From Candidatus Levybacteria bacterium RIFCSPHIGHO2_01_FULL_37_17 (GTDB lineage: Bacteria; Patescibacteriota; Microgenomatia; Levybacterales; UBA12049): a DNA stretch of 64,000 bases. Made by a program: the position numbers and the translations under genes. Below, in pieces: positions 48,278 to 58,277 of the stretch. The stretch covers positions 277,012-341,011 of the forward strand of contig MFNL01000001.1 in the NCBI GenBank assembly GCA_001782035.1. The letters are read 5' to 3'. Numbering within the stretch: the stretch's first letter is position 1; every line of letters begins with the position of its first letter. Below the pieces are notes generated by a model. The model had not been told where the DNA came from. It was given only the letters and a program-made list of their open reading frames with translations, and searched no databases.

Positions 48278-48990
48278 GTAAATTTGCGGAGTTATCGATT
48301 TTTTTTCCTTTCTGGAATGAGGCGGAAAATTTAGAAAGAGTCATAGAAAAAACAATCCCGGTGGCAGAAAAAGTTGCAGACAAGTGGGAAATAATTATGG
48401 TAGATGATGGCTCCTCTGACTCAACTTTGCAAATAATGCAAAAATTATCGGCAAAAGATAATCGCCTTATTGCGGTCTCCCACGATAAAAACCGTGGTTA
48501 CGGTGCAGCTTTGAAAACTGGTTTTGAAAAAGCAAGATATGAATATATAGTATTTAATGACGGAGATGGGCAGTTTGATTTTTCTGAAATTACAAAATTT
48601 ATGGATAAAATTGATAGGGCAGACGTAGTTATCGGCTACCGAAAGACAAGACACGACCATCCTTTTCGGCATGTCTTAATGAACTTGTTAAAAATTTGGG
48701 ATTATATTTTTTTCGGTTTTAGGTTTAAGGATATAGATTGCGGTTTTAAATTATTCAAAAGGCAAGCAATACAAAGGATAATTCCGCTTTCTTCGGAAGG
48801 CGCAATGATAACAACAGAGATTCTTGCAAGGGCAAAAAAGGCCAACCTTAACATTCTTGAGACAGAGGTTCATCATTATCCAAGATTATACGGCGACCAA
48901 AGCGGAGGGAACTTAAGGGTAATTTTGCGGGCGGTCAAAGAAAGTCTGCTTCTTTGGAAAGATTTAAATTTTAATCATGCAAGAAATTGA
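48274..48990 (+). CDS. GT2 glycosyltransferase (polyprenol-phosphate type)
   Basis: VDDGS, NRGYGAAL, DGDGQFD, DIDCGFKLF. Confidence 0.88.
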   Translation: MSKFAELSIFFPFWNEAENLERVIEKTIPVAEKVADKWEIIMVDDGSSDSTLQIMQKLSAKDNRLIAVSHDKNRGYGAALKTGFEKARYEYIVFNDGDGQFDFSEITKFMDKIDRADVVIGYRKTRHDHPFRHVLMNLLKIWDYIFFGFRFKDIDCGFKLFKRQAIQRIIPLSSEGAMITTEILARAKKANLNILETEVHHYPRLYGDQSGGNLRVILRAVKESLLLWKDLNFNHARN

Positions 48991-50431
48991 CATAGCTGCA
49001 GTAAAGCAGAAATCTATTCATGGAATAATCGCTTTAACATCGCGAACATTTTTTATTCAGCTTGTAAATTTTTCGGCTAGTTTACTTCTCACAATTTTTC
49101 TGGCCCCTGCCATTTTTGGTGTTTTTTTTATCGTTTCAGCTGTTATTGCTTTTCTCACATATTTCTCCGATATAGGATTGGCTGCTGCTTTGATACAAAA
49201 AAAAGAAAGCTTAACAAAAGAAGATTTAAAAACAACATTCACAATCCAGCAGGCTCTAGTATTGTCCCTTGTTACTCTCGCGCTTTTATTTTCAGAGCGA
49301 ATAGGTTACTTTTACAATCTAGGAGAAGATGGTGTATTTCTATTTCAAGCATTAGCAATTTCATTTTTTCTATCTTCTTTAAAGACCATTCCCTCAATAA
49401 TTTTAGAACGTGATTTAAACTTTACAAAACTTGTAATTCCGCAGATTGTTGAAACTGTGTTTTTTAACGTTATTGCTGTAGGTCTTGCAATTAATGGATT
49501 TGGAATTGCAAGTTTTAGTTATGCAGTATTGGCACGAGGCTTTTCAGGTCTTGTAGCAATTTATTTAATAAGCCCTTGGAAGCCGGCATTAGGGTTTTCT
49601 TCCGTAAGCGCAAAAAAGCTTTTATCTTTTGGCGTACCTTTTCAGCTCAATAGTTTTCTTGCACTTATTAAGGACGATTTGTTTATCGCATTTTTGGGAA
49701 AAATACTTCCATTTGCCCAAGTTGGTTACATCGGATTTGCTCAAAAATGGGCATTTATGCCGTTGCGTCTCGTCATGGACAATGTAATAAGGATAACGTT
49801 CCCTTCATTCTCAAGGCTTCAAGATGAAAAGGAGATTTTAGGCAAAGCAATAGAAAAATCTGTATTTGCAGCAAGTTTTATCATTTTTCCCGCTCTGGCC
49901 GGTCTTTTTGTATTGTCGCCTTATTTCATAGAAATCATTCCGAGATACACAAAATGGGAGCCGGCACTTTTATCTGTATGGTTTTTCTCTTTGAGCGCCG
50001 CGCTTTCTTCTGTTTCAACACCCCTTACAAACGCACTTAATGCCATAGGCAAAATTAAGATTACCCTTTATCTTATGGTTTTTTGGACAATTGCTACATG
50101 GTCATTAACCCCGCTACTAATTTTTCTAATGGGATTTAACGGTGTTGCAGTCGCATCGGCAATAATTGCGGTTTCAACGATTGTGGTTGTATTTATAGTA
50201 AAAAGGCTTATTCAGTTTAATATAATAAATGCCCTAACCAATCCAGTAGCAGGGTCTATTATCATGGGAGCTATCCTTTTCTTTATAAGTCCTTATTTTG
50301 TACAGGGCTTGTTTAGTCTCATTTCCGTTATTGTATTCGGAGCTGTGATATACTTTTTAACAGTTTATATTCTAGGGCGGGATCAAATTAAGAAAGATTT
50401 TGTTTTAATCAGACAAAATCTAAGGAGTTAA
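48977..50431 (+). CDS. Wzx/MOP-family polysaccharide flippase
   Basis: DIGLAAALIQ, many TM helices, FPSFSRLQ. Confidence 0.88.
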   Translation: MQEIDIAAVKQKSIHGIIALTSRTFFIQLVNFSASLLLTIFLAPAIFGVFFIVSAVIAFLTYFSDIGLAAALIQKKESLTKEDLKTTFTIQQALVLSLVTLALLFSERIGYFYNLGEDGVFLFQALAISFFLSSLKTIPSIILERDLNFTKLVIPQIVETVFFNVIAVGLAINGFGIASFSYAVLARGFSGLVAIYLISPWKPALGFSSVSAKKLLSFGVPFQLNSFLALIKDDLFIAFLGKILPFAQVGYIGFAQKWAFMPLRLVMDNVIRITFPSFSRLQDEKEILGKAIEKSVFAASFIIFPALAGLFVLSPYFIEIIPRYTKWEPALLSVWFFSLSAALSSVSTPLTNALNAIGKIKITLYLMVFWTIATWSLTPLLIFLMGFNGVAVASAIIAVSTIVVVFIVKRLIQFNIINALTNPVAGSIIMGAILFFISPYFVQGLFSLISVIVFGAVIYFLTVYILGRDQIKKDFVLIRQNLRS

Positions 50432-50432
50432 A

Positions 50433-51350
50433 ATGGCAAAACTTTCAGCAGTAGTAAGCGTTTACAACGAAGAAAAAAATATTGAAAAATGTCTAAAATC
50501 CCTCCAGTTTGCTGATGAAATTATTGTAGTAGACAATGGTTCAACAGATAAAACTGCAGAAATTGTCAAAAAATATACAGATAAAATCTTTTCACAAAAA
50601 AACGAACCTCAAAAGATTGATATTCTCAAAAATTTCGGTATCGAGAAAGCTACTAGTGAATGGATACTTATTATTGACGCGGACGAACAGGTAACTCCCG
50701 AACTAGCCAACGAAATCCGTTCAATACTCAAAGAACAAAGAACAAAGAACAAAGAACAAATTACTGGTTATTGGATACCTAGAAAAAATTATATTTTTGG
50801 AAAATGGATTCAGAACGCTGGCTGGTATCCTGATTTACAGCTAAGGCTAGTAAAAAGGGGTAAGGGAAAATATAATTCATTACACGTCCATGAGCCCTTG
50901 AAAGTGGAAGGAGACACAAAACAGCTCTCGCAATTTATAAACCATAACAACTACGAAAATATTTCTCAATTTCTTTCTAAAACTGCTGTTTATGCCCGAA
51001 ATGAAGCGGATTCTATTTTAAAAAATGATTATAACTTTTCTTATCTTGATGCAATAAGGTTTCCAATAAAAGAGTTTTTAAGCAGGTTCTTTGCAAGAAA
51101 AGGATATAAAGACGGACTTCACGGATTAATGCTTTCAATGCTTATGGCTTTTTACCATTTTATCATTTTTGCCTTCATATGGGAGAAGAAGGGATTTACA
51201 GAAGAAAACGCCGATAATTTCCTAGAAGAGGTAGGCGCTGAACTTAAAAGAGGTGGAAATGAAATAGATTACTGGATAAAAAAAGAAAAATACGACAATA
51301 TAAAAAACCCTCTTAAGAGAAGCCTCGCAAAAATTAAAGGAAAAATATAG
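50433..51350 (+). CDS. GT2 glycosyltransferase (WaaE/LgtF-like)
   Basis: NEEKNI, VDNGSTD, IDADE, WYPD, VHE, GYKDG. Confidence 0.88.
   Translation: MAKLSAVVSVYNEEKNIEKCLKSLQFADEIIVVDNGSTDKTAEIVKKYTDKIFSQKNEPQKIDILKNFGIEKATSEWILIIDADEQVTPELANEIRSILKEQRTKNKEQITGYWIPRKNYIFGKWIQNAGWYPDLQLRLVKRGKGKYNSLHVHEPLKVEGDTKQLSQFINHNNYENISQFLSKTAVYARNEADSILKNDYNFSYLDAIRFPIKEFLSRFFARKGYKDGLHGLMLSMLMAFYHFIIFAFIWEKKGFTEENADNFLEEVGAELKRGGNEIDYWIKKEKYDNIKNPLKRSLAKIKGKI
50729..50760 (+). repeat. Perfect heptamer tandem repeat (CAAAGAA)x4.6 inside a CDS
   Basis: caaagaacaaagaacaaagaacaaagaacaaa, encoding KEQRTKNKEQ. Confidence 0.92.
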
Positions 51351-51353
51351 CTA

Positions 51354-52262
51354 GTGAAAAAAGTTTTTATTTCAATTCTTACTTTTAACGACAATAAGTC
51401 TACGTCAGAATGCTTGGATAGTATAGAAAATCTTAAGAAGCAAGACTTCGGGCTTTTTGTAGTAGTAGTGGACAACGCATCAGCAAACGCTTTTTCTGCT
51501 AAAAAAACGTACAAGAATTTTAGCCTAAAAATAATCAGAAATGAAAATAATCTTGGCTTTTCAGGGGGACACAATGTAGGAATTAACCATGCACTTTCTC
51601 AAGACGCAGATTTTGTAGTAATTCTAAATAACGATACAGTTCTTGGTAATAATCTGATAGTAAATATGCTAAGTGGATTTGATAAAGAGGTAGGAGTAGT
51701 TGTTCCTAAAATTTATTTTGCCAAGGGACACGAATATCATAAGGAAAAGTATACAGAGGCTGATTTGGGAAAAGTAATATGGTATGCAGGTGGAAAAATG
51801 GACTGGAAAAATATTTACGGTCAGCATATAGGAGTAGATGAAGTTGATAGTGAAAAATTTAATAAGGAAGAGGAAACAGAACTCGCAACAGGTTGCTGCA
51901 TGATGGTTAAGAGGGAGGTGTTTGGGAAAGCAGGTCTTCTAAATGAAAAATACTTTCTCTATTACGAGGATGCCGATTTTAGCATGAAAGCAAAAAGAAA
52001 AGGCTTTAAAATAATATATAAGCCGGATGCTTTTCTTTGGCACATAAATGCAGCTTCTACGGGAGGCTCTGGTTCCGAGCTTCAGGACTATTATATAACA
52101 AGAAACAGATTATATTTCGGTGTCAGACACGCTCCCTTAAGGGCAAAGGCAGCTTTATTTAGAGAAAGCCTAAGACTAGCAAGATCTGGAAGAAAATGGC
52201 AGAAAGAGGCTGTGAAAGACTTTTACAAAGGCATTATGGGTAAGGGGAGATATAAAAAATGA
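51354..52262 (+). CDS. GT2 glycosyltransferase (rhamnosyltransferase-like)
   Basis: VDNAS, NLGFSGGHN, LNND, FLYYEDAD, YY.TRNR. Confidence 0.88.
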   Translation: MKKVFISILTFNDNKSTSECLDSIENLKKQDFGLFVVVVDNASANAFSAKKTYKNFSLKIIRNENNLGFSGGHNVGINHALSQDADFVVILNNDTVLGNNLIVNMLSGFDKEVGVVVPKIYFAKGHEYHKEKYTEADLGKVIWYAGGKMDWKNIYGQHIGVDEVDSEKFNKEEETELATGCCMMVKREVFGKAGLLNEKYFLYYEDADFSMKAKRKGFKIIYKPDAFLWHINAASTGGSGSELQDYYITRNRLYFGVRHAPLRAKAALFRESLRLARSGRKWQKEAVKDFYKGIMGKGRYKK

Positions 52263-53014
52263 GTACTGTTGAAGTTTCAGTAATAATAATTGCACGAGAT
52301 GAAGAAGAAAGAATCAGGGAGTGTATTGAAAATTTATCTTTTTGCAAAGAAATCATCCTTGTAAATAACGATTCTCAAGACAAAACGCCCCAAATTGCTG
52401 AAAGCCTTGGCGCAAAGGTCGTAAATTTTAAAAGCAGTAATTTTTCAGAACTTCGCAATTTAGGATTAAAACAGGCGAGTTACAAGTGGATACTCTATAT
52501 AGACGCTGATGAAAAAGCGGATGAAACTCTTAAAAAAGAAATAGGCAGAGCAATAAATTCAGATGAATTTAACGCATATTTTATAAAGAGGAAGAATTAC
52601 TATTTAGGCAGTAACGAATGGCCATACGCAGAAAAAATACAAAGGTTATTTAAGAAAGATAAACTAGGTGGCTGGTTTGGACAACTTCACGAAAGTCCAA
52701 GCGTAGAGGGTAAGGCAGGGGAATTACAAGGTTTTCTTCTCCATAAAACCCACAGAAGCCTGGAGGAAATGGTAGATAAGACAAACGAATGGTCTGAAAC
52801 AGAGGCGTTTCTTAGATACAAAAATAATCATCCAAAAATGAGCTGGTGGAGATTCCCAAGAGTAATGATTACGGCTTTCCTTAGTTCATATATTGCCCAG
52901 GGGGGATATAAAGCAAAAGGAGTGGGCTTAATTGAGAGCATATACCAGGCGTTTAGTGCGTTTGTTACCTATGCTAAGCTTTGGGAATTACAAAAAAAAG
53001 AGGAAAAAAATTAG
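52259..53014 (+). CDS. GT2 glycosyltransferase (WaaE/LgtF-like paralog)
   Basis: FSELRN, IDADE, LHE, YAKLWE. Confidence 0.87.
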   Translation: MSTVEVSVIIIARDEEERIRECIENLSFCKEIILVNNDSQDKTPQIAESLGAKVVNFKSSNFSELRNLGLKQASYKWILYIDADEKADETLKKEIGRAINSDEFNAYFIKRKNYYLGSNEWPYAEKIQRLFKKDKLGGWFGQLHESPSVEGKAGELQGFLLHKTHRSLEEMVDKTNEWSETEAFLRYKNNHPKMSWWRFPRVMITAFLSSYIAQGGYKAKGVGLIESIYQAFSAFVTYAKLWELQKKEEKN

Positions 53015-53247
53015 TTCTTATTTTCCCAGAATTTTAATTCGGAAAACTTCATTCGCTTATTGGCAAAATAGAATAGATATGCAAGTTCCAAAATTCCCAA
53101 TGTATTTAAAACTAAAATAGCAACGAACCAATTCCTCTGTTTTAAATTTGCTGCTCTCCAAAGAGCTATTCCTTTCCAAAGCAATGTCCAAAGATAAGCG
53201 ACAAAAAGCAGAAAAGAGGGAAGCTGGGGCAATATAAATGATTCCAT
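53011..53247 (-). CDS. DUF5652 family small membrane protein
   Basis: WKGIALWRAA...WF...NTLGILE. Confidence 0.85.
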   Translation of the reverse strand: MESFILPQLPSFLLFVAYLWTLLWKGIALWRAANLKQRNWFVAILVLNTLGILELAYLFYFANKRMKFSELKFWENKN

Positions 53248-53311
53248 AGATAAATTATAAATAAATATCTCTTCTTATGCAACGAGGGATGAAAGTTGAT
53301 AAAATAAATAT

Positions 53312-54364
53312 ATGAAAATAGGATTTTACGATCCATATCTTGATACCTTAGGTGGTGGAGAAAAATATATTTTTGATTTGGCGTTATGTCTTTCAAATGA
53401 TAACTCGGTTTATATTTTCTGGAACGATGCTTCAATTTTACAAAAAGCAGAAGAACGTTTTGGAAAAAAACTAAATAAGATTTCTCTTGTGCCAAATACA
53501 TTTTCTAAAGGAGCATCTTTATTTTCAAAATATAGACAAACCTCCAAATACGATTGTATTTTTTATATAAGCGATGGTAGCATTCCTCTTCTGTTTGCTG
53601 AGAAAAATATCCTTATCTTTCAGTTTCCAATACCTTGGATAAGAAAAACTTGGCTTTCAAATCTAAAACTAAAAAACATCAATAATGTAATTTGTTACTC
53701 CAACTTTGTTAAAGAGAATATCGACAAAATTCTAAATGTTAACTCTACAGTTCTTCCACCGCTTGTTGAGAAAATAAGTTCAAAAGAAAAAAAACAAAAC
53801 TTAATTGTTTCGGTAGGAAGATTTACAAAAGGCATGAACAAAAAAAAGCAAGAAGTGTTAGTTGAGGTTTTTAAAGAAATGGTAGATGACGGACTAAAAA
53901 ACTGGAAGTTAGTTTTAATAGGCTCTCATCTTGCAGGTGATTTGGATTTTGTAGAAAGCTTAATAAAACAATCTAATGAATACCCAATAGAAATACATAC
54001 AAACGTAAAATACGATGAACTTAGGGATGTATATGCCAAATCAAAAATTTACTGGCATGGCGCAGGCTTTGGAGAGAATCTTGAAAGATCACCTCAATTT
54101 GCAGAGCATTTTGGAATTACTACAGTTGAAGCTATGAGCGCAGGCTGTGTTCCGGCAGTTTTCAATGCCGGTGGACAGAAAGAAATAGTTACAAATGAAA
54201 AGAATGGAATTTTGTGGAATACGACTGTTGAGCTCAAGGAAAAAACAAAAAAGCTCATTGATGATGAAAAACTTCTGAACGAACTGTCTTTGAATGCTAG
54301 AAAAAGCTCTGAAAAATTTTCAGGTGATAATTTTTGCAAAGAAGCAAGAGACATAGTTCTTTAA
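53312..54364 (+). CDS. GT4 glycosyltransferase
   Basis: LGGGEKY, SVGRF, EHFGITTVEAM. Confidence 0.92.
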   Translation: MKIGFYDPYLDTLGGGEKYIFDLALCLSNDNSVYIFWNDASILQKAEERFGKKLNKISLVPNTFSKGASLFSKYRQTSKYDCIFYISDGSIPLLFAEKNILIFQFPIPWIRKTWLSNLKLKNINNVICYSNFVKENIDKILNVNSTVLPPLVEKISSKEKKQNLIVSVGRFTKGMNKKKQEVLVEVFKEMVDDGLKNWKLVLIGSHLAGDLDFVESLIKQSNEYPIEIHTNVKYDELRDVYAKSKIYWHGAGFGENLERSPQFAEHFGITTVEAMSAGCVPAVFNAGGQKEIVTNEKNGILWNTTVELKEKTKKLIDDEKLLNELSLNARKSSEKFSGDNFCKEARDIVL

Positions 54365-56634
54365 TGAAGAAATATTTAGGGGTGGTTTTATTAATATTTA
54401 TTGTTTTAATTTTCTTTTGGAATTTTTTCATCCGTGGATTTTTACCAATCCCGGCTGACACCATTGTTGGTCTTTACCATCCTTTCAGGGATTTTTATGC
54501 AAAAGAATACCCCAGAGGAATTCCTTTTAAGAATTTTCTAATTACAGATCCTGTTAGACAGCAAATTCCATGGAAAAATTTAGCTATAGAACTCGAAAAG
54601 AAATTAAATTTACCACTTTGGAATCCTTATAATTTTACAGGTACCCCACTTTTGGCAAATTTTCAGTCTGGTGTATTTTATCCATTTAACCTTATCTTTT
54701 TTGTGATTCCTTTTGCCTACGGCTGGAGTTTATTTATTGTTATTTCTTCCATACTTGCTGCTATATTCACTTATTTTTATCTAAAGAATTTAAAACTCGA
54801 TTCTCTTTCCTCATTTTTTGGTGCAATAGTCTTCACATTTTCTGGTTTTGCAGTTTCATGGATGGAGTGGGGAAATATAATGCACACTGCTGCATGGCTT
54901 CCGCTTATTCTTCTTTCAGTAGATAAGCTATATGAACAGAAACTGAATAATAAAAATCAAAGTGTAAAGATCTGGTTTTTGATCTTACTTTTATCAACTG
55001 TATTTTCTTTCTTCTCAGGTCATCTTCAGATTTTTTTCTACGTTCTTTTAGTATCTTTTGCGTACGTCATTTTTAGATGGTTTTTGAACGGCAAAAAACG
55101 AGAGCATCTTTTGCTGTTTACTGCCTATTATTTATTGTTTATCGCAGTTACTGCAATACAGTGGATTCCGACACTCCAGTTTATAAATCTTTCGGCAAGA
55201 GCAATAGATATTATAGATTGGAGAACAGCAGGTTGGTTTATTCCATGGCAGAACATCGTGCAGTTTATTGCGCCTGATTTTTTCGGCAACCCAGCAACCC
55301 TAAATTATTTTGGAGTTTTCAACTACGGAGAGTTCATAGGCTATGTGGGAGTACAGCCTTTAGTTTTTGCTGTATTCTCTATTTTTAAAAGAGATAAAAC
55401 AGCAATTTTCTTTTGGGGCATATTGGCAATCTCAGTTCTTTTTGCTTTTCAAAACTTAATTTCAGAACTACCATATAGACTTTCTATTCCTTTTATTTCA
55501 ACATCTCAGCCCACGAGATTAATTTTTCTTATAGATTTCTCCCTGAGCATTTTAGCTGCAATTGGTTTTAATCATTTTCTTAAAACTAAAGAGAGAAGAA
55601 GGATATTCCTATCTTTATCATTTTTTTCAATAATATTTATCTCACTATGGTTATTTGTTTTGTACTTTGGGAAAAATTATCTGGAGATAGAGAATCTAGT
55701 TGTTTCCCAGAGAAACCTTATACTTCCTACAATTATTTTCATCATATCCTCTTTAATCCTTTTTCTTTATGTAATTTTTGAGAAGAGATTAAAGACTTTG
55801 AAATACAATATACTTCTGGTTTTATGCTACCTGCTTCTGGCAATCGTATTGTTTGATCTTTTCCGTTTTGGATGGAAATATATTACTTTTTCGGAAAGTA
55901 AGTATATGTACCCTGATACAAAAGTAACGAAATTTTTACAGGAAAATTTAGGAGATCACAGGGTAATGTCCACAGATTCCAGAATTTTTCCACCTAACTT
56001 CTCAGCTATGTATAGAATACAGTCAGTAGACGGGTACGACCCATTATTTTTACAAAGATATGCAGAGCTTATAGCTGCAAGTGAAAGAGGGGTGGCAGAT
56101 ATATCAGCCCCATACGGTTTCAATCGCATCATAACTCCTCAGCATTATAGAAATGAAATTGTTAATTTATTAGGAGTTAAATATCTGCTAACTTTTTCAG
56201 AACCAGACAAGGAGCATTTTAAGAAAGTATTTTCAGAGGGAGAAACACAGGTTTACGAAAATACAAATGTATTACCAAGAGCCTTTTTTGTAGAAAACCT
56301 ACTTTTAGCAGTTACTAAACAAGATGTAATAGAAGCTATTTATAGAAATAAAGATAATCTAAAGAATATTGCAGTAGTAGAAGGAAACAATAATCTTAAT
56401 AAATCGTGGAACAAGGGAATTGTGAAAATAGTTAATTATTCTGAGAATAAGGTTGTAATACAAACGGAAAATGAGAAAGACGGTTTTCTTGTTCTAACTG
56501 ACAGTTTTTACCCCACATGGAAAGCTTTTGTTGATGATAAACCTACTCACATTTACTTGACCGATTACAACTTTCGAGGCATAATTGTTCCCGAAGGAAC
56601 ACATAAAATAGTGTTTGAAAATAACTTGTTTTAA
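54364..56634 (+). CDS. YfhO-family GT-C membrane protein
   Basis: LWNPY..G.P, GH.Q, GYDP, LPRAF, LTDSFYPTWKA. Confidence 0.85.
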   Translation: MKKYLGVVLLIFIVLIFFWNFFIRGFLPIPADTIVGLYHPFRDFYAKEYPRGIPFKNFLITDPVRQQIPWKNLAIELEKKLNLPLWNPYNFTGTPLLANFQSGVFYPFNLIFFVIPFAYGWSLFIVISSILAAIFTYFYLKNLKLDSLSSFFGAIVFTFSGFAVSWMEWGNIMHTAAWLPLILLSVDKLYEQKLNNKNQSVKIWFLILLLSTVFSFFSGHLQIFFYVLLVSFAYVIFRWFLNGKKREHLLLFTAYYLLFIAVTAIQWIPTLQFINLSARAIDIIDWRTAGWFIPWQNIVQFIAPDFFGNPATLNYFGVFNYGEFIGYVGVQPLVFAVFSIFKRDKTAIFFWGILAISVLFAFQNLISELPYRLSIPFISTSQPTRLIFLIDFSLSILAAIGFNHFLKTKERRRIFLSLSFFSIIFISLWLFVLYFGKNYLEIENLVVSQRNLILPTIIFIISSLILFLYVIFEKRLKTLKYNILLVLCYLLLAIVLFDLFRFGWKYITFSESKYMYPDTKVTKFLQENLGDHRVMSTDSRIFPPNFSAMYRIQSVDGYDPLFLQRYAELIAASERGVADISAPYGFNRIITPQHYRNEIVNLLGVKYLLTFSEPDKEHFKKVFSEGETQVYENTNVLPRAFFVENLLLAVTKQDVIEAIYRNKDNLKNIAVVEGNNNLNKSWNKGIVKIVNYSENKVVIQTENEKDGFLVLTDSFYPTWKAFVDDKPTHIYLTDYNFRGIIVPEGTHKIVFENNLF

Positions 56635-56636
56635 TT

Positions 56637-57536
56637 ATGGATGTTAGTGTTGTTATCCCAAATTACCAAGGACAAGAACTTTTAAAAAATAATCTGCCCA
56701 AGTTAATAAAAGAGCTCGAAAATTACAAGGATCTAAAAACCGAAATTATTCTGGTGGATGATGGATCAACGGATAATTCGGTTAATACAGCAAAAAGTTT
56801 TCCTCGAGTTAAAGTTTTGCAAAACGAAAAAAACTCCGGTTTTTCAACAACCGTAAATAAAGGCGTGAGGCAGGCAAAGGGAAAAATTCTCTTGCTTCTA
56901 AATACAGACGTCTATCCGGAAAGTGGATTTTTAACTCCTCTTCTTAAACACTTTAGGGATGAAAGTATTTTTGCTGTAGGATGCATGGATAAAAGTAATG
57001 AGGGAAGGGGAATGGGTTTATGGAGAAGAGGGTTCTTAGTGCACCAAAAAGGAGAGATAGATAAAAACGATACGTTATGGGTTAGTGGAGGAAGCGGAGC
57101 ATTCAGGAAGTCTATCTGGGATAAATTAGGAGGTTTAAGACAAATCTATAGCCCGTTTTACTGGGAAGACATAGACCTTTCTTATAGAGCACAAAAAGCC
57201 GGTTACAAAGTTTTGTTTGAGAAAGACAGCGTTGTTTATCACGAACACGATAAGGGCGCTATAAAGAAAAAATTTTCAGCAGGGTTTGTAAGAGGCATAG
57301 TTTTTAGGAATCAATTTATATTTGTCTGGATAAACTTAACAGACAGAAATTTAATGGTTGGGCATTTCCTATGGCTTCCTTATCATTTTGTTAAAACACT
57401 TTTAAATTTAGATTTTGCTTTTTATCTTGGCTTTTTCAAGGCATTGTTAAAACTTCCGGAGGTTTTAAAAGTAAGGGAGGAAAACAAAAAACTGTTTAAA
57501 CTTACAGACAGAGCAGTTGTTGAAAGGTACAGTTGA
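56637..57536 (+). CDS. GT2 glycosyltransferase
   Basis: VDDGSTD, NSGF, LNTD, YWEDIDLSYRA. Confidence 0.9.
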   Translation: MDVSVVIPNYQGQELLKNNLPKLIKELENYKDLKTEIILVDDGSTDNSVNTAKSFPRVKVLQNEKNSGFSTTVNKGVRQAKGKILLLLNTDVYPESGFLTPLLKHFRDESIFAVGCMDKSNEGRGMGLWRRGFLVHQKGEIDKNDTLWVSGGSGAFRKSIWDKLGGLRQIYSPFYWEDIDLSYRAQKAGYKVLFEKDSVVYHEHDKGAIKKKFSAGFVRGIVFRNQFIFVWINLTDRNLMVGHFLWLPYHFVKTLLNLDFAFYLGFFKALLKLPEVLKVREENKKLFKLTDRAVVERYS

Positions 57537-57564
57537 TGAATCCCGTTAAAGACGGAATTAGCTT

Positions 57565-58275
57565 ATGAAGTTATCCATTATCATTCCTGCTTTTAACGAA
57601 GAAAAAACAATTGTGCAGGCAATTAAACGTGTTGTAGAACAAAAAATAGATGGTGTGCAAAAAGAAGTAATAGTAGTAGACGACGGGTCAACAGATAATA
57701 CAGTGTTTAAGATTAAAGATCTAAGATCTAAGATTAAAGGTATAAAATTTTTCCAGCATAAAGAAAATTCAGGAAAGGGAGCTGCAGTTAGAACAGGAAT
57801 AAAAAACGCTAAAGGTAATTATATTCTTATTCAGGATGCAGATTTAGAATATCATCCTAAATATATAAATGATCTTATTAAGCCTATTGTGGGGAAAAAA
57901 GCAGATGTAGTTTATGGTACAAGAATAAAAAGATTCCCGAATTTAAAAGGGGAGGAAAAGACCTTGCAATTTCTGACACACTATTTAGGCAACAGATTTT
58001 TAAGTTTGGTAACGAGTATTTTATATGGGCAGTGGATTACAGATATGGAAACAGGCTATAAGCTTTTTCCTAAAAATGCGTTTTCAAAATTTACAATTCT
58101 AGCTAAAGGTTTTGAATTTGAACCTGAAATAACGGCTAAGCTGATGAAATCAGGGCACAAGATTTTAGAAATTCCGATAAAAACAGTTCCTAGAGGTTAC
58201 AATGAAGGAAAAAAGATTGATACAATAAAAGATGGATTAAAAGCATTAGTGCATTTAATTAAATATAGATTCTAA
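57565..58275 (+). CDS. GT2 glycosyltransferase (DPM1-like)
   Basis: IPAFNE, GKGAA, QDADLEY, TDMETGYK, FEPEIT. Confidence 0.9.
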   Translation: MKLSIIIPAFNEEKTIVQAIKRVVEQKIDGVQKEVIVVDDGSTDNTVFKIKDLRSKIKGIKFFQHKENSGKGAAVRTGIKNAKGNYILIQDADLEYHPKYINDLIKPIVGKKADVVYGTRIKRFPNLKGEEKTLQFLTHYLGNRFLSLVTSILYGQWITDMETGYKLFPKNAFSKFTILAKGFEFEPEITAKLMKSGHKILEIPIKTVPRGYNEGKKIDTIKDGLKALVHLIKYRF

Positions 58276-58277
58276 AG

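Noticed and set aside
57539-57559. Small intergenic hairpin CCGT-TAAAG-ACGG
   Set aside because: Too short, no U-tract and no second copy seen
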